A stretch of DNA of 64,000 nucleotides, from positions 1,170,518 through 1,234,517 of the forward strand of contig NMRA01000022.1 of NCBI GenBank assembly GCA_002633005.1, written 5' to 3'. The notes beneath the pieces are model-generated. The model was given only the letters and a program-made list of their open reading frames with translations, searched no databases and was not told the origin of the DNA. Positions 27,143-41,578 of this stretch are shown in pieces. The position numbers and the translations under genes are program-made. The stretch comes from Phoronis australis. Lineage: Eukaryota > Animalia > Phoronida. Each line of letters begins with the position of its first letter. Position 1 is the stretch's first letter.

Positions 27143-28059
27143 CATAGATTGCCACTCAGCAATTCTTCACCTGTACAACAGGGGCGCCGCTTACACGGAA
27201 TGACGGGCTACTCCGACGGGCGACCTTGTGATTCTGCATATTAGCGTCAATTGAAGGCTTTCAATCGCATATTAAGAGCTAATCAGCGATTCTTCAGTTT
27301 CATAGGCAAACCATGAGACTGCTAGGGGCGCGACTTTCATTCTCACAAGGCGGCTCTCGTCAGACAGATGTTGCGGGCATCTAATCTGCGTTTGTATCAG
27401 CGTTATAGTTTCTAATCTTACAGTCGCAGAATAGTGTGCTATTGTGCGATTGTAAGGTTGTTACTATAGCGATTTAGCCAATCCTTCGGGCTTATGTATG
27501 AATCTGAGTAAGGGAGAAAACAAGACTTGTTTTATAGCGTTAAGTGGCTAAAATGAACTAAGCTTGTGTGTGACAGGAAGCACGGATTTAATGCAACTTT
27601 GTAATCTATCATGATCCGAGTTATAACTCACCCACTTCCGTGTGGACCGAAATATACATAGCCTTGTATGATTAATAACCATGTAAATTTGCACATTTAA
27701 TGTGATTCATTTTGGCACGATGACACTTGAGAATGTCAGAGTTGCACGCATTCCTACAGGGACATTTTCTGTCGTCCGTCTTCCTCAACATTACGCCGAC
27801 ATGCATTCATTCCACAAATGTGAGATTTACATTGCGTGCCCGCACATATTAAGCAGATTAATCTTTTTATCAACACTAGATCATGTAAAATCAAGTTTTC
27901 AATAGTAGTCATGGAAATTCAAATCAACAAAGTTTCGTCTGTGCGAACAGACACGTCACCTGTAAACGAAATATAAAACACACAGAGCTGTCTATAAACC
28001 TCTGTCAGTGTATAGTAGAAATCGTAATGAGTGTTGGGATATTGTGTATTGTACTAACG

Positions 28060-28440
28060 AGACATGATGGTAGTGGTACTGGTGATAGCGTCGACTGCTG
28101 CAGCGATGGCAGTGGTAGTGGTAGTGGTTGAAAAGATGGTAGCGATAATGGTGATGAATGTGGTGGTGGAGATCATGGTGATGTTGGTGTCGAAGCGGGT
28201 AATGGTTTGTTTGTGTCCGAGGTTGTGGCGACGATGGTGTTGTCAAAGCTATTGGCGTTGTTAACGTGAGGGCGATGGTGGGCGTGTTGTTGTGGTCGAC
28301 TGTTCATGCCAGGGAAGGCAACAACATGATGACCACGATAAAGATTACAATTACGATATTGGTGACATTGATGATGAGCTTGACGTTGGCGTTGGTGAAG
28401 ACGTTAGTGATGATGTTGGTGAAGACGTTTTAGTTATGAA
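28060..28440. repeat. Degenerate (GGT/GAT/GTT)n trinucleotide low-complexity tract
   Basis: Visible triplet periodicity. Generates the poly-Val and poly-His ORFs. Confidence 0.85.
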
Positions 28441-31400
28441 ATTGGGGATGAAGCTAGAGGGGAAATTGTTTTGACGTCGGGGGTATTGGGCGTAGGTGTT
28501 GACAACGACAACAGTGTTTTAAAATATGCCCGCAATTTAAGAACCAGTTTGATGTATGTTATTCAGTGAAAACAACTGGCTTTCAAAATGCCGGAACGTT
28601 ATCTTTGACTATCAAGCATGACAAACGATTACTCTTGGGGTGTCGGTAGTACTATGTAGGGAAAGCTGATGCTATAAAACAAGAATATGTAAAAGGTAAA
28701 CACAAACCAGTTGAGCTCTATTAACGTTATTCCATGGTATACATGGCACTGACTGGTTAAATGCGTTTTTCCTTTGGCAGAGATGAATTCTTCGATAAAT
28801 CTTGCCCTCGTATATTCAATTCGTGTAATTGCAATCGATGGTGAAGCATTTATGTTCCACTCTTTCATCGTTGATTCTCCACGACATTAATGCGTGTTAC
28901 TTGCGCTATATGTGAGAAATAATGCCTAGAGATTTGTCTGCCACATTCCACTCGCAATCATTTTTCAGCTTATAACTTTTGAATAATGCTGTTAGTAAAG
29001 AGAAAGTCACATCTTGTTAGATTCTATTAATATCTACAACTAAAAGCAACCGGTTACTTGTTTATTTTGATTTTTGAAACTTCACTGACGATTAAACGGT
29101 TAACGTAGTAATAGCTCAAACTTCAAGTAGTCTTAATGATAAACATGCAGTAAACACGTTTCTTACCAAAAGTTGAAGTTGTACTAATGAGCGAGCAAAT
29201 CAGGTTTTCATATTAATTTCTATGCCATAAATTCATATCACAATTTCACCTGACATACCGATATAGAAGTCGCTACGGACCGAGAATCTAAAACAGCATA
29301 GAAGAAGTGCTTAGTCACATTTTAATCTTTAACAGAACAAATGAGGTTGCAGTGGACTGTTGCAGTCCACTCCAATTTATAGACATTGTCACAAATACAG
29401 ACCTACTTACCGACAAAAGGGTCTAAACGCCTAGAAGAATATCAAGGTCTTGATAATGTAAACGCTGCATACGACTTCTAGTACTAAAAGTTTCCCGAGA
29501 AGTGCATCTTCGATCAAACTGTTAGCTAAGCCTTACTATGACGCGCATACGCTTGTAATTGTTTATTAAGCAAACCATAATTTAGCGTGCAGACTGCTGC
29601 AATCGTTCTGAACTTGCAATGAGAGCAGGCGATGCAAAGCCTCGTTTTCACATTAAAAACGGAGAAAAACTTAAGCTAGGTGTATAGCTGAATCAACTGG
29701 CCATACATGACTTTATATATTCGTTATCAATTTCCAAACAACATAAGCAGAGATAAAAAAGACGATTTGCATTTTCAAAATAATCCGACGAGTAAGAATA
29801 TACTGGATCCTGATACCCAATATTAGTAACGTATCATCAGTTATATCTGAAATGACTTGTGATCAAAACAATCAAACTATCAAAATAAAATAAAAAATAA
29901 AATCGAAGTCTGATAAATATTTTATTCTACACAATTCTCTATTTTAAAGCTGCATTGCAAATTATAAGGTGGTCCCAATCGACTGCCTTTGGGAATACCC
30001 GGCTTATAAATATATGTGCATATGATATTTGCTTCGTGTTTGGACTCTGCAATTTGTATAAGATCGTTTCACATTGCTCAATCAAACCCGTTTACTAAAT
30101 GCAAAATGTTACATGCAACTCGGGTTAACATAGTTGTCTGATCGTAAGTTTTAGATTTCTCGACCATTACACGGTCATGTGATGCAAACGTTTTCGTGAG
30201 TACGTACAAATATGTGGAGCACGTGCTTTGTGGTGGTGTACTATGTCTAAAATTTCTTGTTTTACCTATGAGGGATGCTCTGGAATGTTGGAGTTTATTA
30301 ACATGAAGTCGAATTTTGTAATAAGTACATGTATTTTGCTTCTTCAAGCCTGTTGTACATGTAAGACCTTTATTCTCGAATCCGTACTCCATTATCATTC
30401 GAGTCTGGTGTACATCTGTGACACCTGAATTGTGATTGGTCAATCATTACTGAGGCCAACTGTTATATGTAAATCAATTGAACATAAATAGTATGCTTTT
30501 ACAACCGTAACTGGCGTAAATCGAGCCATAATGCAGACAACAAACGCGGGGAGAACAATTGTGATCACCACATCCACATCCTACATGTCATTATAGAACA
30601 CTTTGTTTTGGCTATAGTACAATCATTTCGTAACTCATCAAAACGAGAACAGATTAGCAATTAAAACCATCAAGCAGGAAACCAATAAATATTTGTCACA
30701 AAGGTTTTTTGAGATTCGTAGACTGCAAGCATTTAGCTTGTGCTAGCGGAAAAAGATTCGCTTATATAACGGAAACACTGAAATCGGTCCCATAATTCAA
30801 CACTCCTACCTAACCGACCTTCACTTCAGGAGCCACCATGTTGCTAGGACAGGCTGGTAAGCTCGCGGGCATACTCTCGAAAAACTCGCATTTCATTGGC
30901 GTGATTTTGAGAAGTCTTGTGAGATCTCGGTTTCTCACGAGAAACTAGATCTGGGGAACGTTCCCCGAATTGCAGCGCGGTAGTCAAAACATAACAAAAT
31001 GGCCTCGTTTTTGAAGCATACACCCTCTGGCCCAAATTTTAATAAAGTTAGCTTTCGGACCTACAAAACGCGCTACAAACAACCATAGTAGCTGTCATGG
31101 TCTGATGCTATACCTTTAATCATACACGAGTGAGTGCAATGTTGGCTAAATACAGGACCTGGATGATCCTAATTTCTGTGAACCAAAATTATTCTGGTAT
31201 TCCTTTGAAACTTTCGGACATCGTCAACACGAAGGTCTCAACATACAAGGTATATATTCCATTTGTACTATATTTTACAAGAAATGGGGAGTTTTTTCAT
31301 TTAGACAACATATGACGAAATGGACAGGGTTCCGCAGGATAGACAGACAGAGATGCTTGGAGTAGTATGAAGCCGTGCCTGAACGTCTTAATTGATTCAG

Positions 31401-34400
31401 AGAAATCAGTTAGTCAATCAATATGATAGATTGGCTGCTGTCGTTTAATAAGAGTTCAGATTACCATCCATCAAAGCTCTGACTTGTAATTTAACAGTTT
31501 GTAAAGTCTCTTGATAATAAGCTCTACTCGGGTAACATAAGTGTTACTAAATGATCAAAATTCAGAGAACGATGCGGTCCATGTGAATACTGCAGTTTAC
31601 AAAATATCCGTCTGGTTCAGTCATTTCATCCTTTGAAGTCTTCAGTTTTCGTGTTTTGTTAGATATAGATTCAAGCATTTGATATCCGAAAAGCACCTTG
31701 CATTTTAAGTTGCATAGTCTTGGTAAAAGGAGATTTTTATGTTCTGTAATTTAAGGTTATTGAGCAAGAGGTGGCGCTGTATGTTGCCTCTTTAGTCAAT
31801 CACCAGGTCAGAAGGTTCACAAGATCATATTCGCTAACATATTGAATGATAATAGAATTATTCGTATACTGGGATATCTTCAGCTCTTCAGTTCTGTTGA
31901 TTTCCATTATAATGAACGCAAGCACCACCGAATGTTTTTATAACTTAAACATAAGTGTAATAATTGTACCATTTAGATGCTTCAACAAACAGTGATTTTA
32001 TGACTACAGGATGAAACTTCCTTTCGTTCAATCAATCATCTATCACTAATTTGATTTGATAATCTTCACATCACACTGTTTTTTTCATCTTGCAAACTTG
32101 TTTGATTTCTTAACTGTAATGAAAGTATGTAGATACAAAGTCATCGTAATTACAAGTCTTAGTGTAACACATTCCGTACCCTGTTACAATTTTTTACAAC
32201 TTTTTCTGGAAGGAAACACTTTCAGAAGCGTGTATTTAAAGATTTTGAATATCAGTGTTGAAATTTGAAGTGCTCTAAGCTTGCTTTGTTTGTTTAACTA
32301 ATATTACTATAACAAACTAGGCAAAAAGGCCTGTACAATACAAAATTGACAAGCTTGCAAAGTGTTTCATTGACAACGCAAAAATCTTTCCACCTGCAGT
32401 TTTGAGAACAGTGGTACATGTACCTTTAATTTTTGTTTTGTTCAGAAATGTTTTGTTACCCTTTTGAGGTACATAGCAGTACTCCTAGGAATATATGTTC
32501 TCTAAAACCACAGCCTCCACACGTGTTTCCCAGGCTCAATATTCACAGGTAGGCCAAAATTATTGTCCATATCCAACGTTCCTCAAATCTATATGTTCTC
32601 TCGTCTCGACGTTCTCTCTGCACAAAATTCCCGGCCCAGATGTGCGATAATATAATCACTGTGATGAATACAAGCATTCCAAAATCTGACGATATTCACA
32701 AAAGTTGACAGTACCTGGCATTTCTAATTTTGATCAATACATGTACATGTGTACGGCAATACTGGTTTTTCTCTTGTAACTTTTTTTTGATTTTGGTGAA
32801 TTAAAAATGCTCACGCAATTTACGAAGTATCAAATTAGAATGCTTACAATAATGTAATCATAATTGCTAAAATGTTTTTAATAAAGAAGAGACGGGATAT
32901 TTACAATTGGAATAGTGAATCTTGACTAACATCTTGTATAAGTTTAATGAGTTTTCCAGTAGCACCTATGACAATATGTAAGTGTGTTACGAAATGAACT
33001 GGCCACATTGTCCGTTTTTAACTTCAATAACAATTTTTATGTTTGCACTGATAGCTCCAATGTTCACCATCAAGCGCCTCTCATAACTTCGGAAAATTGC
33101 CTTAAATTTGCAATTTATTGAGAAAAAATGTGCTTGTTTTCATGACTTGATGAAACCTATGGAAATTTATTTCAAATGTCAGACCTAGTAGTCATTCATA
33201 GCATGTATCTTGTTTTTAAATAATTATGTTCTATTCCATTTCTAATTTTCAGAATTAATCAAAATTGAAGTCAAATTTCGAGAGAATGTGATAATTTAAA
33301 TATGGGGACTTTTTACTTTCATAAATTATATTGGTTAATTATATCAAATTTGCCACCCAAAACTGGTAACACACAAGTGATTTTATAAACCACCTGTAGC
33401 CTACAGCCTGTATTGTCTGCAATGATCTACATGTACTAACAAACCCAAGTTGGCTAATATGATCTCAACGGACGCCAAGGCAATAAAAACAACTACATCT
33501 ATATGGACTAGCGGCTAGTTCATTTAATTGTCATCTCATATTCACTCCTTGACGTGAGCTGTCAGTTCAACTATCTTTCATTTGAGACTGTCACCTGAGC
33601 TCGTAGCTATCCGTCTGGCCCTCAGATTCAAAGACCATTCTTTTCGTTAAAAAGTGATTGGCTAACCTCGTTACCACGGGTCACACTGCTCCATCTATTC
33701 CCTAAAATATCAAATTTGAATAGTTAGCAATTTTAAATATTCAGGATCGACCGTCTGAGGGCAATTGAATCCAGGAGGCCGGCGGTTGCATCGGGTAAAA
33801 TTCAAACTCTTGTGTAAGTACATGATTGTACTTCCACTGAGAGTGTCTTTAGTATCATTCGTTTCAAATCAAATCGTTAGGCAGGTCTTTCGAAGTTCGA
33901 AGAGACATACATATCAAATAAATTATCCAGTAATCCCCATTTTCTGCACCGTACCTCTGGGCAACGATACATGTACAGGTAAAAGGGTTCGGAGTTTTCA
34001 TAATAACCATTGCCAATTACACGTGGGAGTTACGTTACATTTCAAACAACGTATATTTGCTTTTAGGTTGTTAATTAACATCTTGAAAAATCAACTAAGG
34101 TGACAGGGTGTAGATGGCACAATCTTTGATCAACACTGCCTTAAGCTTGTTGCAAGCATCAAGAGCAAAATACATGTGTTTATGTTCTGGCAAGAATAAC
34201 CACGTCAAATGTTCAATCGTGTAGTATTATCGATTTAGTGTAATCGAGCGGACCTTTTCATTTGACAGTACACTGTGTAAGTCGCTGTAAACTTACTGTA
34301 CATGTCGTCACAAAAATCTCCTTTTGATTTAGACTACTTTACTTACTGTTATGATGTTGGTTTCTAATTGATTCTTAAAGTGTCATAGAACGTAAAAACA

Positions 34401-37400
34401 AACTAAATTGCATTTTTCAAACTGGTTCTCTGCCAACGAGACAGAAGTAAAATTGTTCATCAGGTATTTTTACTTTTTGCACGGGGTTTGGATTTCTGTT
34501 GATGCCAAAACATTTTATGTAATGGTTTCAAATTTCAAACAACGGTCTGTCAACTGCTCGTTTCTTCGTCGATTTCTCTGCCATACGGCAAAGCACCTTT
34601 CCTTAATTGGCATGGCAAGACATAGATGTAGCACATATCTCATATATGGAAAGTGTGACTTTTGATCTGTGGGGTTAACAGAACAACGCGAATTCAAGCA
34701 GCAGCCAATCCTTCTTCTTTGATCGCGTGCTCAGGGTTGGAGAATTTCAAAACAGTGTTGGAATGAAAGGGTTTTTATTACGCCAACTGGGTCGCCAAAT
34801 TAGCGAATCTTCCTTCTACAAACTCTTTTAACAGTGAACTTCAATAACGCTCACGTCAGCAGCAATGGTATAGATTCGTAAAGATCTGTTGAAAAGGTGT
34901 TCTTTTTACAAATTTTCGCGTTCCTTGCCTCTTTAAGATGCAAACATGAAAGTTTTGAGCTTGGGAAAAATAGTCCTTAATGCTTGAGACCAGGCTCTAA
35001 AAGGTGATTTTTCACTCCGTGTCATTTTATTCACCTAGCTTGTTATCGAACATTGACGAACTGTCAGAATTATGCAAGACAAAAAAGACTTCTGGCTAAG
35101 TATGGAGGAAGTTGACACCAATATCATAACTGTGAGTGCTCTAAATAAGAAGTTATGAACAATAGTTTGTAATCATTTTCAAGCCACTATAAACGATTTT
35201 CTGGTGTGAAGATGAATTTTAATTACGAACGTGTTTTTTTTTTCTTCCTACACACATTCATATCGTCCATATCCCTAGTCCGGCATGTAAGTGGTAATTG
35301 CATTAAATTACACGGAGTTATTTATATAAATAAGGCATTAGCGACTGCATAAATTTAACCAGCCTCAACAAGTTCGCTAAAGGGTCTGGTTTGAAACAAT
35401 AGTGACCCAGCCGCTCATCCACAGGCCCGTGTGTTGACAGACAGCACGCGTTTTTCCCTTTTAATTTCCAAACGCGAACGAACTGGAACCTACAAAGCGG
35501 TCTGAGTCGATTTGCAGGACAAAAAGTATAGCCTGAAACCAGACTAATGCGTTGTTCCAATTGTCACTGTATTTGTAAATTAACGAATAAATAAAACACC
35601 ACTTATGACAAGATTGCAGTGACTAAATTGCTTCATCTGCTTCATCTCGTATTTCGGTACCATTATGACTGTCCACGATAAATTATTCAATAACAGAATA
35701 ACGACCAGCAGCGTGGCCGATGGCATTAGTTTGGATAAAATTGTGGCGGTTCCTCTTACAAACACGAGGATCAGTCTGTTTGTGTTTAATCGGCAGTGAA
35801 TAATGTAACAGAAATGATTTCTGAGCTGCTTCCAGCTCGCCATAGCATCAACGTTGCCACTGACCAATCCACTTTCAAAACTTTTTGAAAGACGAATACG
35901 ACTGAGCTAGCAAGTCAAAGTTGAAAATGCATTTAGCCTCGTATGGAATGATCACACCTGCACCGCCATCTATATAGTCAAAAGTATTCGTTCATAATGA
36001 TATACATTGGTCTGGCTAGTGTCAATTTTTCAATTGATCGTTCGAATGCAAACAAAAATTGTCTTTTGCATTGTGCTGACAATAAACTAACAATTTAAGA
36101 TCATTAGATGTACAAATCAATTGTGTATTTAACATTTGTTGAATGTCTGCCGTCTTCCCTAATTATGACGAATACATGTAGGAACGACTACGATGTTCAC
36201 ACGTTTCTAAACTGATAGTGCGGCGGATTACGAAACCCTATGGACAGCCCAAGAACCGGAAATATGTGAACAGAACTCAATGGGATGGCCACAGTTTGTA
36301 CAATGTGACGTTTTTCATATAGTGTCTGCCTTGATACAGGTTGTAGGTTCTGGATGCCTATTTGATCTAAAGCAAAGGGGTGAACCTGGAATTAATCGTG
36401 TCAAGACACGTAGCTACTAAGATATCGGGATGCAACTCAATCTAATCTGGGCGATATCGGCAGAGCATTCTCACTTTATTTTTTACGATGTATTTTCACA
36501 GACACGTTTCTGAGCACTGAGACACGAGATGCTCCAAGTCATTTTGACACTGTGGTAACACTGTGGTACGAATTTTCTCCACTCAACGAGAAAGGCCATA
36601 TAACTCTCGTCTACGGAACCTCTCTTGCTGTTAGCAGAGAAATCTGCACTTATGGAAAGGAAAAAAGTGATTTTTATCACACAACTTAACACCCTCAATC
36701 TCACGACCAACAACTTCAGTAGCCGCACTTTTTCTAGAGAACGCCAAAAAGCACCACATACATGTACAGTGTACACGTACAGTATAGATGTATCACCGAA
36801 CACTGACGGTTATAACTTGTGTGATTTTTGCATGTTCTTGCTTTTCCTCGTCATAGTGCCCTTTTGCGTCGAGCGAACGCTCCTATGACCTGGGGAAGTC
36901 CTAAGTATCGTTCAGGAGCATTTGCACATCTACGTAATTCATGTAAACTGCAGGTTAGTTTGAAACTTGTTGGCGAAATATCAAAGCATTACACTCCTGG
37001 AGATACGCACCCAAACTAATCCAGGCCGTTTCATGCACATGTGCATTTAATCAGTTGGTTCGGCTTATGAATCCGGTTTGTGCATTTACTTCTAATAGAT
37101 CTCGCCTACCAACATATCATATACCGTCGGAAAACTGTTTATTATGGCGAACACAAGGAAGCAAATACAAAGGGCACACAAACTTATATAACCGATTAGC
37201 TCCGTTCATTATTTGTGCGAGTAAATATGTTAAAAATAATCACAACTCGCATAGCTTTCATTGTTATTAAAATCCTAATTGAAATGTGACATTTATCAAG
37301 CAGAGAATACTTTCGTTAGCAGACGACAGTTGAGATCATTTTTTATGTTTATGGATTCAAATGATGTACTGTACAAATTTTTATTCGTTGGCAGACCGAA

Positions 37401-38399
37401 TCGTGATTACGTTTCGCTTTGTGCCACTTAATTCACGCTACGTAATGGTATATTGTCCAACATTCTATCAAATCAATTAGTTTTATTCAAACATTTCATA
37501 CTCGAACAGAAAAAAATTACTATTACAAAGGAAGTTAAATAATCCACTAGAAACTGCATTTTATTGAAGTCATCTCAAATTTGTTTAGTTCATCAAATGC
37601 TAGCCAGGTTATTTCTAGCATTGTACTGTCTTGTAGCAAGAGAACCACAACGCCAAACTATTTTTGATTAGGCCTTGCACTTGGTTTGTTATTAATGACA
37701 GTCACAATTGAAACACTGTCTACTTACTATAAATTGGAATCTGATTTGCGAGCGTGTTCGTAGATACTTATCACATCAAACTGTCATCATTAAAGTGAAT
37801 GGCACACGTGCAGTGCAAGTTTAAAATGATCGTTTTTAAAGGCACAAACTTTGCAAGCTTTCTGTTTCATATCAAAAAGGTACATGTATCAATCTGTCTG
37901 CTAATGTTAACTGCGGCTAAATGGCTTGGGCAAATCTGTAGTGACACCTTATTAAGCTTGTTTTGACTGAGATCAATAACTTGGACGGCGCCCGTTACGA
38001 AAAGCATGTGTACCGAAATCAACAAGATTGTTCTTATATTCTGTGACCAAGTGCTGATTGTTTTTTTTTTTTTGAAAAAAATAGATGGGGCTACAGTTAC
38101 TCTGTCCCTAGTGTTTTGACCATTCGGTAAAATATGCCATTCCAACTGTCAAGTCCTAACGCTCAAAAACCATAAAATTCATTCCAAGGAGAAATATCCA
38201 GAATACTATGATTCATGCAAGTGGCCGCCAAGTCATTCCCGAGATACTACAGTAGTTTAGTGCTAGTTTATTTTCAACAGTTTTAAAAGGCCTTGGCCCA
38301 CACGTTACATAAAAGTTGCAGGACAACGCTGAGCAGCTCTTCCCGGAGGGCAGTGGCGTGAAATACAAATTTCGTTAGATGAATCTGAGCAATAGGCCC

Positions 38400-39490
38400 G
38401 ACACATTTTTATTAACTTAACAAATATATGTTTATTTGGATCACGCCAGCACCACTCAGGTATAAATGCAGTTCTCAGAGAACTGAACTTTTTCCAACAC
38501 ATACAACTGTATGGAATGGTATTCAATATCAATTAGGTCACAGGAACAACCCACAAGATTATGCCCACCTTTCTCTATCATCAAGTTATGATTGGAGCAA
38601 CATAATTTAGCCATATCTGCTAAAAAGTTATATGGAATATCACGCAACAGATAGGATTCCATTTCAAAATCAATTTTAAATGAGGAAATGTATTAAGTTT
38701 TGAGCTATTCTCCACAGCAAAGCTTCAGTCTTGTAAAAAATCTGCATTTAACTCGCTTCTCAAAATTGACACGAAGAGATGCTTCGCAGCCAACTCCATA
38801 ACTGTTCACTACCAATCCAAAACTGTAACTTTGCAGCAAATTCCTAACAGCCTCATCCAGTGTGACAAGCTTGTCATAGACAGATTTTGGATTTCGATGT
38901 GCTGGCATTTTCAACAGTTTTAACCGCTACATGATCAGTTTAACAAACAGCTTTACATAAATTGGATACCTTCCTAGTTCTCCCAGGACAGCATGATTTG
39001 AACATTTACGTCCAACTCCCAGTAGTTGCTTACAGAATTTCATTTGAACGCGCTCCATACTAGTATATTCTTTAAATCTCCAAATCTCACTACCATAGCT
39101 AATGATTGGACATACCATTTTGTTACAAATCTCGTGTTCAATTGTCGGTGAAAGTCGTTCCCGTTTTGACTGAAGATGTTTAATTAAAAAATCACTTTCT
39201 TTGCCTGGTGAGACAAAGTTTCCAAGCTTGCGTCCAGACTAACTTATATGATGAGACGACGTCAATTTTGTCATTTCCAAAACGCCATTTTTCGTAATAT
39301 TTTCTCAGTGGTCAAACTTTTATTAGCTTAATACCATTTTTTGTATTTTAAGATTGACCCCAATCCTGACAGTATTTATGCAGAACGTTATTTTGTTGCT
39401 GTAGTTTAAAAGTTGTCTCTGCACTATCAACCATATCATCAGAGTATAACAACTTGCAAATTTGAGGTATGTTCTCATTTACGTAAAGAT
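38400..39490 (-). mobile_element. Decayed non-LTR retrotransposon 3' part (RTEX-like RT C-terminus)
   Basis: LLYSDDMV (YADD-like, about 39430-39452), then CPIISYGSEIW..ERVQMKFCKQLLGV..NHAVLGELGRYP, then AKLCCSNHNLMIEKG and LRTAFIPEWCWRDPN, across frameshifts and stops. Confidence 0.85.
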
Positions 39491-39995
39491 TCTTTTAAGT
39501 AATCAACAAACTAGCACAAATACATACTGAATAAAAATGACTATGCATACACCCTTGGTGAGTACAAATATTATTATTGAAAAAAGTTGAGACTTGATGT
39601 TGCAAGATCGTTTTGGGGAAAACGTCAGACTATAATGATAATATCTCCTTTTTTATTCCGTAGTGTTTTACGTTTTCTCAGTTGACGTGTAAATATTATA
39701 GGAATATAACGAGAAAACATGGAAATGGTCCACATGGTGAATTCCGGGTTGAACTTTATTGTATTATGTGTTTGTGAATAGGCTGGCTCTATAAATAATT
39801 AAAATAGAAAATATATAGCGAAAATTGCACTCGAGATACAGTAGTGTAAATCGCTATTAGAATGTCTCAGTTTTATACGCTTTGGAAATTGCTTATATCT
39901 CAGTAACTCACTCACTGCAGTCTATGATGCGAGTTCTCAGCTGAAGAATGAAGCAGCGACTGTATTAGACAAAACGTGAAACAGGGAGAGCTCAC

Positions 39996-40084
39996 CTTGA
40001 AACTACCGGACCGTGAGACCACTACGTCCAGCGAGCCAGACAGAACAGTGTACCAGTTTCGTCCTCTATCGCCTTGTCTGAAAA
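39996..40084 (-). CDS. RAPGEF4: Internal coding exon of Epac2/RAPGEF4-like Rap GEF (CNB-A beta-barrel: xFRQGDRGRNWYTVLSGSLDVVVSRSGSFK)
   Basis: 89-bp exon with acceptor ttttAG|TTTTCAGA and donor AAG|GTGAG. Translation resembles Epac2 CNB-A [24 protein letters not shown]. It ends in phase 0, compatible with the 18357 exon. Confidence 0.9.
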
Positions 40085-40559
40085 CTAAAACCACATTTGA
40101 TGCTTAATTTACGTGATAGTTGTTATTTGAAAAACCTCACGGTGTAATCGTTTAAAAACACGACTGATTTGAAACTTGGACACTACCAGGGCTTGAATGA
40201 TGTAATTTATTTGCGAAAGGAGGGCGTGAGACAGCCGACAATCAACTAGTATACATTACATTTGCAACGTCAGTTCAAGTTAGGTGTTAAAGTGTACCCC
40301 CGAAGTATAGTTTAACTCCGGGATTAGGATTTATTACCGGTGTTAAACTTTTAAATATCAGCCACCATGGCAGTTCCACGTTGGCGTTAAAAATGGTGCA
40401 ACAAATTGGTGTTTCATGCTGAGAACGAACCGAAAATTCTAGTAATAGCCTACATGTACATGTACATCAACGAAAGGCAGGGTTATGGTTGTGGCTTTGG
40501 TCACTGCAAAATGTTGGTGATATTGGTGCCTTTTTGAAAAAAAATTACACAGAGGGTTA

Positions 40560-41010
40560 AAGAATTTGCCTTCCAAGAACGTGGTTATAAAGTAAGAAAT
40601 AGTAGAAAGCATACTACTTTATGCCGGGTTGCATTGGACCTTATATATTACTCCGTATCTGAAAGTTATACAATGTGGTGAGATCCACAGGTATTTAACT
40701 ATAATACATGTATGTTGTTCCTCTCATACTCTTGAAATCGAGGTGGCGCGAGGAAGAGTAGGTAAAAATTTGAGGCTGTGCAAATATTGCAAGAAATTCT
40801 ATTTGTATGAAATTGAAGACGAATTTCCTTTCTTAACAATATGCTTTATCTATGGTCATTTGAGGATCCAAATCATTGCACAACTCTCACAATGCGATAT
40901 CTTTTTTAAATTACATAAGAAACGTTTCAAGTACCTTCTTGGTTAATCTGTCAAAATTTATAAAGAAAGCTTTTCTCATAAGAGCTAGTGTTTAAATGCT
41001 TCAGTATTGC
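40560..41010 (+). mobile_element. 3' fragment of an RTEX-like LINE (Cys/His-rich C-terminus)
   Basis: CSSHTLEIE..GR...RLCKYC...EIEDEFPFLTICFIYGHLR matches the SSHxLxIExGR...CxxC...EDExHFLxxCxxYxxLR pattern. Confidence 0.75.
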
Positions 41011-41548
41011 AATTGCTAGATATTCATTTTTAAACATCCGTGTGTATACTTGGTATGTACTATAGGGTAGTGGCTTTTTATGTATGTACAAAGAATAAAA
41101 GCTTTGAGAACATTATTTCCCTCGGGTTGTAAATGGTGGGTTACACAACACTTCGATTCAGTAATCCTAACTGAACATTGCGATAACCCCGAACTTGAAG
41201 TGTTCCGTTTTGACATGTACCTCCAGGGGGTAGTTGGGAAATTGTTGACAAGATCTTAATTAAATACAACGTTTTGTGATTATAAAACTGACATGTGTCG
41301 GTTTATCAGAAACAAACGGCATCAAATTTCAATTCTTAATTGCATACTTACGCGCAATTCAAAGCTAATAAAGACAGAAGAAAATACTAATTTTCTTCTG
41401 CTTGGCTTAGAGTTACACTGCCGTTGCACCAGTTGTTACCAGTTGTTAGTGTTAATACCGTGGTGTAACACGCCAAACTTTATACGAAATCATTACAAGA
41501 TCTGTGTTAGTACAAAACTTAAGAACGGAAGTCGGTTTAGCGTCATAA

Positions 41549-41578
41549 CATGGGCGGCGCACCATAGGGGGCTGGGGG
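41549..41578. mobile_element. Truncated copy of the CATGGGCGGCGCA MITE
   Basis: catgggcggcgcaccatagggggc nearly identical to the start of the 58472 copy. Confidence 0.5.

Larger units (their letters stand above)
972..40084 (-). other. RAPGEF4: Partial span of Epac/RAPGEF4-like gene with introns of about 16.9 kb and 21.6 kb; upstream exons and DEP/CNB-B/REM/RA/CDC25 exons not found in window
   Basis: Colinear order and compatible phases of three minus-strand exons. Confidence 0.8.

Noticed and set aside
27992-28474. His-rich, Val-rich and Asp-rich ORFs
   Set aside because: Translation artefacts of a degenerate trinucleotide tract.
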